Positions 1 through 11,089 of a stretch of DNA of 64,000 nucleotides are shown in pieces. Source of the stretch: Vairimorpha necatrix (taxonomy: Eukaryota); NCBI GenBank assembly GCA_036630325.1, contig CP142727.1, forward strand, positions 620,001-684,000, given 5' to 3'. The position numbers were made by a program, and so were the translations under genes. The notes below the pieces were generated by a model. The model was given only the letters and a program-made list of their open reading frames with translations. It had not been told where the DNA came from and searched no databases. Every line of letters starts with the position of its first letter. Position 1 is the stretch's first letter.

Positions 1-1353
1 TACTGTGGTATCTCACAGGTCAAACATATCAGTTTTACATTTCTTGATTTGTTTATTTTTTTTAACAAAAATTAAAATTTTATGTGAAAATTTTTATAAT
101 TATATGTATTTATAATAAACAAAAAAAATCTTAAAAGTATAATTTTATTTAAATGAGTTGTATTTCAATAAGATAATGACAAATATAAATGTTAAAATAG
201 CGTGTACCGGATCTTACATTAAATTTATTTAAAATGTTAAAAATTCGAAAATTAAAAAATAAACATGTCACACGACATCCTTCCTGTGCCCCTTATAGTC
301 AAGTAGCGCTCTTATACTTGATCCCTCGCTGTCATATCTCAATTTACGGCCGGGTCATGGACGCGATAAATGCGTCATCGCCGAAAAAAATGACAGTTCA
401 TATTAAGTCTATTCGGGAAAATACCGCTATAATATGAGAAAAACCATACAAGAGACCAGCTTTTTCTTCAAAAATGATTAGTTTGACCTTTGTTAAAAAT
501 TTACACAAAAAGATGAATTCTAGTCCAACACGTTGTTTTGGACAAGCATTAATAAACACTTTGTGAAAATAGACTATTTAAACAAGCCGTTCGCCCGGAC
601 ACCAGCTCGCATCACAAAACAAATACTAAATCCAATGTTTCATATCAAAATTACATTTCAGAAATTTGAATATTTTTTGCGTTGTTGAATGTTTATGTTG
701 CCGCCATCACTTGCATTAATCTTCGTTTGACTGAAACGTGATGTTTTAAACATTTCATCTCGACCTGAAACATGATTGTTTCAGGCCGAGAATAAAACTA
801 TATAAAGAAATTGTATAAATAAATATTATGTCTTTTAAAATTAATATTCCATCTAATACCAAGCCTCAGACTACTCCATCTTCGCCTTCAGGTAACATTT
901 TATTTTTGTAATTTAAAATTAATATATTTAATTTTGATTTTTTCACATTATTTATAAACAAAAAAAATTATTATTATTATTATTTTTGATATTTTTACAA
1001 TTTTTTTTATTTTTGATATTTTTACAATTTTTTTTTGAATATTTATTTTGTTCTATAGTAGACAAATTTTAACAAATAACATGATAAACTACAAAATATT
1101 TTTGCATTTTTTGTAAAATTTTTTATTGAATGTTTATTTTGCTTTAAAAGAAAAAAAAATATTTTAAATTTTTATTTGATTTTATAGATAGTTTTTTTTA
1201 CAATAATGATATGCAAAAATTTGTATTGAATTTTTGTTTGTTTGTTTTAGAAACGAATTCAATGAATAATTTTTTTTCATAAAATAATTATTTCACAGTA
1301 AATTCTGGAATTTTAAAAAGCTTTTGTCGAGCAAATTTTTAATTTATTTAATA

Positions 1354-2116
1354 TTTTTTTTCATTACAAGTAAAAAATAAAGGAAAACCTTACAAATAGA
1401 ACAGAAAATTTGAATGTAAAAATTATCCAGCTAGTACTGTGAAATTCTTAGTCATAAAATTCCACCAATAAACCTGCCGATACAGAAAACTTCGCCTTAT
1501 CCATTGGAATTTGATTCCTCTAAAATTTTTTAAATTATACCTCATATCGCGTCCAGGATACCTCACAGATGATATATTTGGCGGCTATGGTTTTCTATAA
1601 TCCGAGAAAAGACATCATCGTACTAACTGCGCTCCACAATCATTTGTATTGTAAACACGGCCCCAAATCGGCCGTATCACCAGCAGGCCTAAATATTGGA
1701 CTGCGTTGACCACTAGTCTCCTTCTAGTTTCAGCACAGATTTACAAAATCTTGTAGGGTGCCTCAAGACCTTCTATTGTTCTCTTCGACTAGTTTCTTAG
1801 TTTGCCCTCTGATTCTACACTCGTATCACAGTCAAAGAGCAAACTTACTATATCCGGCAGATACTTTACGCATCGATCAATAATCATATAACTGATAACG
1901 TTTCGACCTACAGATGAGTGTCTACCTCAAAATGCTACATCCTCTTATGTCTTTACGACTATATGATCAATCAACTATATGATTATCGACAGATATTTTT
2001 ATCATCTGGTTTTTCATTTGCATCATAGGAAGTAGAAACAATTCAGGTGCGCGGGGTTTGTATCCCAACCACTGCCAAATAGAAGCATAGCCTTCGACCA
2101 CTGGGCTAAGGGCACC
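1354..2116 (-). mobile_element. tRNA-derived SINE, diverged near-full-length copy (family of 60860-61640)
   Basis: Minus strand begins GGTGCCCTTAGCCCAGTGGTCGAAGG (A-box), is colinear with the 60860 copy and ends TGTAAGGTTTTCC...CTTGTAATG plus A-run. Confidence 0.8.
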
Positions 2117-2130
2117 TTAAAGAAAGAAGG

Positions 2131-2215
2131 AACAATTCAAGTGCGCGGTTTTCGTAGCCAGTCATCGCTCAATGGAAAATGGAAGCATGCCTTCGACCAC
2201 TAAGCTAAGGGCTCC
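2131..2215 (-). repeat. Second, isolated SINE tRNA-like head directly upstream of the SINE
   Basis: Minus strand GGAGCCCTTAGCTTAGTGGTCGAAGG...CCGCGCACTTGAATTGTT duplicates 2037-2116. Confidence 0.7.
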
Positions 2216-3689
2216 TGGTATTATTTCCATGGAATTTCTTCTTCCTCAAGCAATAAGCACAATAGACTACTGCCTACATCTAGATTTACTTTACATCAAT
2301 ATTATAAGATGTAACTTACAACACTAATATCTTTAATTTCTTCAGTGTCCATATAAACTTAAATTCTTACGTATGTGTATTGCATACTATAATATATTTA
2401 GTTTCTTACCATATCGTTAGACAATGAAGCCGTTTCTTTAAACCAGCATGTTAAAATGATACACTCCCACTTGGTAGACCCGATGTGCTTGATCACTCAT
2501 CAATATAGTCTCTTAAACATAAAATTATTAAAAATAAACAGGTTTGTTTGTTGATTTTTCGTTTGGTTTAAATATTTGTATCACAGCTTGTCCCTGTATC
2601 GCTACGGGATTCAACTCTTCACAGACTTCTATGGTTTCTGAAAATTATTTTCGCTTTTCAACTACAAATTTCAGCTTCATTTCCATCTGAAGCACCACTA
2701 ATTTGTCAGTTGACATATTTGCTAGTATGATATAGCTCATGCCACTTTTTTATCCTACATAAGATAAGTTATTATGATAAATAATTATAATTTTTTCTTC
2801 AATTCAATCATTTTTGCAAATTATGTTTTATTTTATTATTAATATTTTTTTTTATAATAATGAATGTTAACGTTCTTATAAAATTTTAAAATTGAGGAAG
2901 TCAGATATAAAGCATACTCATCAGATTTCAGTCTGGGGCGGCAATATTCATCACTCTTCGGGGGTGAAAGAAAAAAATTATATTTATAGGAAAAAAAAAA
3001 TAAAATTGAAAATGAATAAACAGGCCATTTGACTAATTTTAGCATTTTGTTTTTTCTACTTTTTTATTAAAATATTTTATTGTCTTACAATGATACTTAA
3101 AACATTATGAGTTGTAGTATGATAAACTAAATATTTATTAAGTCTGGAAAGAAATTTAAACACAATTAGAAACTGATGCTTTATTAATGAACAAACTCCC
3201 CCAATAAATTTACAAACTGTAGAAATTACGAAAAATTTTACGGTTCTTAAAATCTTAGTTTTAAAAATTTGTCGTTTCTTAAAATCTTAGTTTTAAAAAT
3301 TTGACGTTTTAAAACATAGAAGAGTTATTGTATGATTTTTTACACTTTCTATAAATTACCAAAGAATGTAAAGAAATACTATGGTTAGAAAAGTATGCTT
3401 ATATTAGAATTTATAATTTTTCTAAAATATACACACCAATATAAAACATAGCTAAGAGCGATAGCCAAATTGATGATATGGTTTTCATATTCTTAAAATT
3501 TATAAGAAATTATGGCTCTGAAAATTTGAAACATTACACAGAGACATAAAAGATACTTAATTACATAATGAGTAATTTTGTAGATCAAATCTTCGCAGAA
3601 GATATTAATAAATTAATAAAATTTCCCAATGTAGTTAAAACAATTGGTCAATAGACTAGAGATTCTTAGCATTGAAATAATAAGAATCC

Positions 3690-5752
3690 TGTGGTATTAT
3701 TCACCACATTACTTATTTTTATTTTATTTTCCCTCCAAGTGAATTTTCTAGAAAATATTTTGCTATAAATATTTTCTTTTATTTTGACCCATCGATTTTT
3801 AGATGAGAAGAGAACAGAGAGTCTACAACGATAACGGGAGGGTATCTTACACCCTACCCCCTCACATGAGGAACTATGAAAGCCCACAGGGGCAATTTAA
3901 TAAACATAATTTAAATAAAAATATACTTTACAATATTGCAGGGAGAAGCATTCTTGAATGCTATTTACATTATGGCCATCTCCCTGGTGGAAACACCACA
4001 ATGAATTCATTAAGTGTTAGAGATTCACTTACAATAAAGAAAAAAAACCAAGTACTATTGAGTGAAGTTAATGTTCCAAAGGAAAGTGTAACCTTTGAGA
4101 AAAAAGTAATTGGAACTCCAATTACCATCCAAGAAAAAATCTATAAAATTAAAGACATTAAAAGAGATTGTAATTTAAAACATATGGAGAAATTTGAAGC
4201 ATTGGCTACTGCCAATGAATGGACGGATGAACAGATGGGTATAATTTACCATTCTTTAATTGACGATGATAGAATTGAAGATAGCTTAACAAGAAACAGC
4301 TATAGGAAACTGAGAGAAGAGATAATTGAAGAAATTTATCCTAAAAGCGATGCCAGGTTATTACTGATAAAGTTGGAAACCGTAAAACAGGTTCAATATA
4401 AGTATATAGTCGACTATTATAATGAAGTGGCGAGTATAATTGAAATTTATGGTATTATGAATGCCTTGAGCAAGAAAGAGTCTGAAAACAGATTATATGA
4501 AGCATTTAATAGAGGATTGAGCAGTTTTACTGCAATTGAAATTTATAAACAACGATTAGACAACTGCCCGACAGTTGAATTAGTTAGATATCTGCGAGGG
4601 TTGGAAGAAAATATTATCTTGCAGGGAACACTAGCTAACATGAATATAAGACCCGTTGATCTTACGAGAAATTATAATAATAATCGGGAAGTATCAAATA
4701 CCCCCATGAATAATAATAAATGGTGCTCTATACATCGAGCGAGATCACATAATACACAAGATTGCCGTATGAAAGGACTAGATGTCAAAAATGGAGAAAT
4801 TACAGATAATAGGAAAATTCTCAACAACTATAATAATAAGGGTGAAATATTAAACAAAAACGACAACGAGAGTAATTGCTTTATAATTCAGAAACCAATT
4901 AAAAACATTACTATCGACCAACTACCCCCAATAAAGAAAAATATCATTCGAACGGGGTATGGAATAGAAGGTGTCTCGAATAAAAAAATCGAAGCTGAAC
5001 AAGCAAAAGTTGCTAATATTAAAATTAACTGTGTGAAAAAGACAGGGAATACACTACCATTAGAAGGTGTATATTCAAGAAAATGTCAATTATATAACAA
5101 AGAAAGAAGTAAGCCGCCTGAAAATGTTAAAGATAACCACCTAGAGCCGAAAGCTTTATCATTACCTAAAAATGGTAATTATAAGATTGGAAATAAATTA
5201 AATCGTGGCGCATTTAGAAAACATTGGCGAGGAAATAGGACACAGCAGATGCTATTTGATAGAAGTAGATATGGAGGAAATTGTGTACGTAAGAAGCTGA
5301 AGTATCATGAATTGAATTCTAACCTTGATTTGAGGTCACAAACGTCAAGCCCAACCAATACTAAAAAATTATGGAAAGAATCTTTTGGCGATTACGGAGG
5401 AACGCCTATTCTTTATTGTTGACTCTGTGGAGGAGGTAGTATGTGGTATTATTTACCACATTACTTATTTTTATTTTATTTTCCCTCCAAGTGAATTTTC
5501 TAGAAAATATTTTGCTATAAATATTTTCTTTTATTTTGACCCATCGATTTTTAGATGAGAAGAGAACAGAGAGTCTACAACGATAACGGGAGGGTATCTT
5601 ACACCCTACCCCCTCACATGAGGAACTATGAAAGCCCACAGGGGCAATTTAATAAACATAATTTAAATAAAAATATACTTTACAATATTGCAGGGAGAAG
5701 CATTCTTGAATGCTATTTACATTATGGCCATCTCCCTGGTGGAAACACCACA
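3690..5752 (+). mobile_element. Gag-only non-autonomous LTR retroelement, 311-bp LTRs (3690-4000, 5442-5752)
   Basis: TGTGG...CCACA LTRs, near-identical (one difference seen by eye); 5-bp TSD AATCC (3685-3689, 5753-5757); purine tract GGAGGAGG before the 3' LTR; no RT, RNase H or integrase. Confidence 0.92.
3803..5422 (+). CDS. Gag-like protein (539 aa), starting inside the 5' LTR
   Basis: Retrotransposon-gag-like segment (FEALATANEWTDEQ...LKQ-like, EAFNRGL) and a CX2HX4HX4C knuckle (CSIHRARSHNTQDC); enclosed by the LTRs. Confidence 0.8.
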   Translation: MRREQRVYNDNGRVSYTLPPHMRNYESPQGQFNKHNLNKNILYNIAGRSILECYLHYGHLPGGNTTMNSLSVRDSLTIKKKNQVLLSEVNVPKESVTFEKKVIGTPITIQEKIYKIKDIKRDCNLKHMEKFEALATANEWTDEQMGIIYHSLIDDDRIEDSLTRNSYRKLREEIIEEIYPKSDARLLLIKLETVKQVQYKYIVDYYNEVASIIEIYGIMNALSKKESENRLYEAFNRGLSSFTAIEIYKQRLDNCPTVELVRYLRGLEENIILQGTLANMNIRPVDLTRNYNNNREVSNTPMNNNKWCSIHRARSHNTQDCRMKGLDVKNGEITDNRKILNNYNNKGEILNKNDNESNCFIIQKPIKNITIDQLPPIKKNIIRTGYGIEGVSNKKIEAEQAKVANIKINCVKKTGNTLPLEGVYSRKCQLYNKERSKPPENVKDNHLEPKALSLPKNGNYKIGNKLNRGAFRKHWRGNRTQQMLFDRSRYGGNCVRKKLKYHELNSNLDLRSQTSSPTNTKKLWKESFGDYGGTPILYC

Positions 5753-6163
5753 AATCCCTAAATTAAATTTACTCTATTGATTCAATAAATAGAGTAAATT
5801 TTGATTATGGATTTGTTTTATATTTGCCATTTGTGTTAAATTATATAATTTATACTTATTTATCTTTATTACATTCCCCATATTTACAGCCTTGAAAATT
5901 TATAAAAATATTAAATTTTATAGTTAAAAAGTGATATTTTTATTCTGTCCCTGTAAAGGAAAATGACTTTTGATTAATTTTGCTAGAAAATGTCAAGTCC
6001 AAGGAGCTTATCATTAAAATAATAAACTCATGTCCAACCAGTGATTTACTTATAAATCTCTTTACAATTACTTATTATTGATTACTCATTGTCAAATTAA
6101 TGAAAAAAAGGAGTTTTTAATTCTTCATTTTGATCAAATACATTTTTTTTTTTACCCCATTTT

Positions 6164-7708
6164 ATGTCTTATAAGAATTTTATCATTACTCTTTTATCTT
6201 CTACATTTCTTTTATACACTCTTACAATCTTAGATTTCTTAAGTATTGGTTCAAATTTATATTTACAATCTTCTCATAATATAAAATTAGAAAATTTCAA
6301 TATGATGGTTTTTACTGTAACAACCATCATTTCACAGATTATTTACGGCGGATTAAGCAATTTACAAGCTGGCGTCTGTGGTGGCGCAATATTCGAATCT
6401 GCTTCTATGGTCCGAAATATTCACGAGACATGTGAATTATACACGACAAATACTACTGAATCTTTATCTAATGCCTTTTTCGCAGTGATGATTAGTACAC
6501 TAATATTCGGATTATTTTCATATTTCTTGGGATGTCTTAAAATGGGCTCATTTTTTAGTTATATTCCTAGATCTGCTTTGTTTGGTGTTATGACGTCAAT
6601 AGGTTACAATCTTATGAAAGATGGCTTTTCACAGGTTTATGAAGAGAAAGCACTTTTTACTAGTTATATTAGTATGGCTGTTATAATATTTCTAGTTATA
6701 TTGGCATATTTTTTAGAGAAGAAATTTGAAGGTTATGTCTTTTTTATTCCTTTGTACACTTGTACTGTCTTAATTTTATTTTATAGTATTTTTTTACCAT
6801 TTGGTTTTAATCTTTCTTGGTTAAGATCAAATTTTTTAGTACCAGAAATTTCTACAGGGAATATTTCTGTATCAGAATTTACAAAATATTTATCTTTGTC
6901 AGTTATTAATAAGAAATTACTTTTTAAATTAATTCCTAAAATTTTAGGTCTTTCTTTAGTAAATATGATTCATATAACTGTAAATATTCCTAGTTTTTCT
7001 AGTTGTATGAAAATTAATTCTAATATTAACAGAGAATTCAAAGTTCAAGGAATAGCAAATATTTTTACAGGTCTTTTTGGGTACCCTACTTATTTTATAA
7101 ATTGTACTTCTATTTATTTTAATAAATCTGGAGGTACGACGAAAATGCATTCTTTATTATCAGGCCTATTTCTAATAGGCCTGATTTTCATAGGCCCAAT
7201 GAGTCGTCAAATACTCCCTCGTATTTTATTAGCTTTTATACCTGTTTATATGGGTGGTGCTTTTGTTATTAGTAATTTATTAGAGCATATATTTGTCGCC
7301 AGTTATATTGACATTTCTATCATTTTATTGTCTACTATTATAGGTATTTATAATCCTATATTAGGATTAATATGTGGATCTCTGTATCAATTATTAATTT
7401 TTTATATTTCTCTTAAAATTAGTAATAATGAATATGAAGAGTTAAATGAGTATTATAAAAAGATACAGAAGAATTATAAAATGGTTAAGATTGATTTTCC
7501 GGCTTGTTTTATTAATAAAGAGAAATTGAAAAAAAATTTGAAAATTGAAAGTAATAAAATTTTGATAGATATGAGAAATTGTCAATATATTGATTATGAA
7601 GGGAATGAAATGATATTAGAGATTATTAGGAATATGGAAGGAGAAGTATTGATGATTGGGGATCCCATTAATTTATACAAAGAGAAATTTAGAAGTGTAT
7701 TAATTTAA
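6164..7708 (+). CDS. SulP/SLC26-family sulfate/anion transporter with C-terminal STAS-like domain
   Basis: Many hydrophobic helices; LKMGSFFSYIPRSALFG, NREFKVQGIANIFTGLFG and ILIDMRNCQYIDYEG motifs; CCCC motif before the ATG. Confidence 0.85.
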   Translation: MSYKNFIITLLSSTFLLYTLTILDFLSIGSNLYLQSSHNIKLENFNMMVFTVTTIISQIIYGGLSNLQAGVCGGAIFESASMVRNIHETCELYTTNTTESLSNAFFAVMISTLIFGLFSYFLGCLKMGSFFSYIPRSALFGVMTSIGYNLMKDGFSQVYEEKALFTSYISMAVIIFLVILAYFLEKKFEGYVFFIPLYTCTVLILFYSIFLPFGFNLSWLRSNFLVPEISTGNISVSEFTKYLSLSVINKKLLFKLIPKILGLSLVNMIHITVNIPSFSSCMKINSNINREFKVQGIANIFTGLFGYPTYFINCTSIYFNKSGGTTKMHSLLSGLFLIGLIFIGPMSRQILPRILLAFIPVYMGGAFVISNLLEHIFVASYIDISIILLSTIIGIYNPILGLICGSLYQLLIFYISLKISNNEYEELNEYYKKIQKNYKMVKIDFPACFINKEKLKKNLKIESNKILIDMRNCQYIDYEGNEMILEIIRNMEGEVLMIGDPINLYKEKFRSVLI

Positions 7709-7887
7709 TAAAAAAAAAAATTAAATTTATAAATTTAATATAAAGCTATTATAATTTAAATTGTGTTTTTTTAATAATATTAATAGAATTGTTTTTACCA
7801 ATATAATAATGTTATCTTAATAGAATTGTGCTTTTTTATAAAATTGTTTTTACCAATATAAATGATTATACTAAAATAAATGGTTTA

Positions 7888-8649
7888 TTATAATATATCA
7901 TTTTCTGGACTCATTTTATCTAATAATACTTGTAAAACTTTCTTTACATCTTTATCTACCCCATTATTTTCCACATACTCATCCACACTCTTCTTTATTT
8001 CTTCATTCCCTTTACTTAAACTTTCATAAATCTTTTTATGTTCATTCTCAACATCCAAATCACTTTCTACTCCCTCTAAATAATAACATATCCCTGCACA
8101 CATATTATAAAGACTACTCTTTATTAATAAATAATTCCCTGCTGCTTTCTCATATTCCCCATTTTCAAATAATAAACTCGCCAATATCTTAAGACTGTTT
8201 TGTTTATGATGTTTCCAACTATTAGTGTTATAACATTGTACTATTTTATTCATAAGATTTATTTTCTCATTAATATTTGTACTAATTTCGAATGCCTTCT
8301 CGTACGACTTGGCGGCGAGATTTTCTTTATTACAAGATAAAGCCATGTCACCACTTAAAATGAAATATTTTATAGCTAGTGAATCTGATTCATAAATTTC
8401 TGCTATATTTTGGTAAATTAAAAAAGCATTATATCTGTTATATTCTATAGGATTAAGTAGATATGTATTGACAGATTCTAATAGGTATTTTAGTTTTTCT
8501 TCTTTAGTTTGACAAAGAGAAGAAAGTTCTCTAAATTTGTCGGCAGAAGATTCGTAGTCTGGATTAGAAATGGGAATAAAGAAAAGAAGGTATTTCTTTT
8601 TACGAAGAGATTCTGCTTCTCTGATGAGTTTGTCTTTTAGATTTTCCAT
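7888..8649 (-). CDS. SEC17: alpha-SNAP (Sec17)-like protein
   Basis: N-terminus LIREAESLRKKK..LFF..PDYESSADKF, helical TPR-like repeats, acidic C-terminus ending ENDIL. Confidence 0.65.
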   Translation of the reverse strand: MENLKDKLIREAESLRKKKYLLFFIPISNPDYESSADKFRELSSLCQTKEEKLKYLLESVNTYLLNPIEYNRYNAFLIYQNIAEIYESDSLAIKYFILSGDMALSCNKENLAAKSYEKAFEISTNINEKINLMNKIVQCYNTNSWKHHKQNSLKILASLLFENGEYEKAAGNYLLIKSSLYNMCAGICYYLEGVESDLDVENEHKKIYESLSKGNEEIKKSVDEYVENNGVDKDVKKVLQVLLDKMSPENDIL

Positions 8650-8879
8650 GGCCCCTTAAAAAAAAGAAAAAAAAAAATAACAAGCATGAATAATAAAATA
8701 TTGTCATTGATCATCCCAAAATGGAAACTTACCAAATTCACGAGGCGAGACATATTATAAAATAAAACATTCAAATTCCGTTTTTAAATCGGGAAAGCAT
8801 ACGCTAGTACTCCTTTATATTAAAATTATAAAGCGAGATTATAATAAGACACTCCCTAAAAAAAACTAAAAACTAAAAA

Positions 8880-9150
8880 ACTTCAACGGCCAATAACTTG
8901 TGATACACACCAGCATACCATAAAGGCCTCGCTTGTAGGAGAAAAAGTATCCCTTAGGATTAGAATCACAAACATTCCTTCCTGTGACCCGCGTTCAGCA
9001 GGTTTTAAGAGAATATCACGCCTGACCCACTCGTCAGTTAAGAATCTAACTAGTTCAACGTAAATGCTACGGCATCAGCAGCTTGCCATATCTCCCCCAG
9101 GTAAGATTGTGTTTTTCCTTCTAGATCTGTTCTGGTTTACAGGCCTATCT
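8880..9150 (-). ncRNA. Candidate structured non-coding RNA (~270 nt), family unassigned
   Basis: GC-richer intergenic block with no ORF; several hairpins and 5'/3' complementarity; followed by T-runs on the minus strand. Confidence 0.3.
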
Positions 9151-9344
9151 TTTCTCGTATAACGATATATCTTTGTACAAGAAAACACTCTACAATTTAG
9201 AATCATATGAGATTACCATTATAAGTTTTAATAATTATATGTTTGATCAACAGTTTATAACTATATTTAATATAATAAATAGTAGATCAAACATATAAGT
9301 ACTATAATTATAAATAGTAGAACAAATATCAAAATATAATTTTA

Positions 9345-10901
9345 TTATAATTTACTTCTTGTTTTGGTCCTTGCCCTCTTATAATTATACTTCTCCCTTT
9401 TCTCTTTCACATAGTCATCTTTCATCACCCCAAACACACTACTATATATTTTACTATCTTTCCTATTATAAGGTATATAAAACTGATCTCTAAATTTATT
9501 ATCTTCTTCTATTTTCTTTTCTTTAATTTTCTTCTTATTAAAATGTTTCTGTAATTTATTATTTAATAATTCTTTAGTCTTAAAATCACTATGTATTTCT
9601 ATCTCATTTATCTTATTTTTATATTCTTCAGGTACACACACTTTATTTCTAAATTTCAGACATTTTTCATATCCTTTTGTTGTTTTATTTTTCAAGTATA
9701 AATATTTCTCTACATTATATTTATCTAGTATTTTTGAGGGTAAAGTGCCCAGTTCTACATTTTTAAGATATGTTTCTTGAATATTATAAAAGTGGAATAT
9801 GTCTTGGTATGTGACGAATGAATAAGCAGTGCCTGTTCCTCTGATTCTTCCTACTCTGTGGATGAATGTTCTATCATCTGATAAGTCGTAATTTATTACT
9901 GTGTCTAGAAGTGGAATATCTAAGCCTCTTGCTGCTAAATCTGTGACTATTAGAATGTTAAATTTGTTATTTATAAAATCTTTGTAGTTTTTTAGTCTTG
10001 CTTGTGTGTCCATACTTGAGTAAATCCCTTTTGATTTATAATTGAAGTCTTTTAGTATTTCTAGTAAGTAATCCACAGTGTATTTTGTACCCACGAATAT
10101 AACTATCTTATTATTACTAATTTGATCTAGTTTATCGTGATCTTTATTTGATTTATTTATATCTAAATTAGTTAGATCTGGTTTACTACTATATATAATA
10201 TTACTATCTAAATCTTTAGTACTAGATACATCTTTACTATCTAATTTACTACTAGATACATCTTTACTATTAGATAAATCTAATTTAAATAAATCTGCTT
10301 TACTACTAAATAATATGTTCAGTAGGACACTCTCTTTACTTATACTTGGTATATAATAGAATTTATATTTTATATTCTCATTTATCTTATTATCTACTTC
10401 TACTATCTCCATATCTAAATGTATATCTGGTTTAGTAGCACTAAAGAATATCTTCTGACATTCTAATTTCTCATTTATATTTTCAAATTCTTTTCTTAAA
10501 TCTTTTTCTTCTAAAATTCTATCTATTTCATCTACTACTAGTAGATCAAAAGATCTACTAGTAAATTGATAAGGAGTAATTACTTCTATAGTCCCTGGTA
10601 TATTTATATTTCTACTTAGATATTTTATATTTCTTTTGACTTGTGTTATTAATTCCCTAGTTGGTACTATTATGAGTATATTTTCATTCTCTAGTGCCCT
10701 TTGTAGTGTCGGGATGAGGTAGCAGTAAGTCTTCCCGCTTCCTGTCCTGCCTATTCCCAGGACAGATTTGTGCTTAAGAATCAGAGGGATGATTTTCCTC
10801 TGGATTGGAGTTGGATTTGAGAAGGGGATGTTGTAGAGGAGATTTTTATTAAGATTCAAAGTTTTAAATGATCCTCCTTTTATTTTCTTAATTTCATCCA
10901 T
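9345..10901 (-). CDS. DBP10: DEAD-box RNA helicase, DBP10/DDX54-like
   Basis: GGSF..L, PTPIQRKIIP, RTGSGKT, PTREL, DEID, SAT, TDLAARGLDIP, HRVGR and KFRD.FYIPY motifs; start moved to the ATG at 10901 after a CCCC motif. Confidence 0.85.
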   Translation of the reverse strand: MDEIKKIKGGSFKTLNLNKNLLYNIPFSNPTPIQRKIIPLILKHKSVLGIGRTGSGKTYCYLIPTLQRALENENILIIVPTRELITQVKRNIKYLSRNINIPGTIEVITPYQFTSRSFDLLVVDEIDRILEEKDLRKEFENINEKLECQKIFFSATKPDIHLDMEIVEVDNKINENIKYKFYYIPSISKESVLLNILFSSKADLFKLDLSNSKDVSSSKLDSKDVSSTKDLDSNIIYSSKPDLTNLDINKSNKDHDKLDQISNNKIVIFVGTKYTVDYLLEILKDFNYKSKGIYSSMDTQARLKNYKDFINNKFNILIVTDLAARGLDIPLLDTVINYDLSDDRTFIHRVGRIRGTGTAYSFVTYQDIFHFYNIQETYLKNVELGTLPSKILDKYNVEKYLYLKNKTTKGYEKCLKFRNKVCVPEEYKNKINEIEIHSDFKTKELLNNKLQKHFNKKKIKEKKIEEDNKFRDQFYIPYNRKDSKIYSSVFGVMKDDYVKEKREKYNYKRARTKTRSKL

Positions 10902-11089
10902 ATTTAAAATGGGGTGGAACAAAATCTTATATAATTCTATAATTTATTGTATGGTATAGATTTTATTTAAAATATGATTTATTATAATAGATTTTATTTA
11001 TTATAATAGATCTTATCTACTATAGATCTTATTTATAATAGATTTATTTTAAAATAGATTTTAGTTTAGATCTTATTGTAGTTTATTTA

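Noticed and set aside
3244-3309. 32-bp tandem duplication (also ~981-1035)
   Set aside because: Ordinary slippage duplication in AT-rich DNA
5765-5801. 14-bp perfect inverted repeat next to the LTR TSD (similar one at 9236-9297)
   Set aside because: AT-rich and single-copy here; no supporting evidence of function
9020-9045. Hammerhead ribozyme core (CTGACGA, minus strand)
   Set aside because: No correctly placed GAAA or supporting stems
9085-9108. U1 snRNA call from CTTACCTGG-GGGAGATA
   Set aside because: Lacks the exact ACTTAC, the U1-70K loop and a clear Sm site; kept only as an unassigned ncRNA candidate
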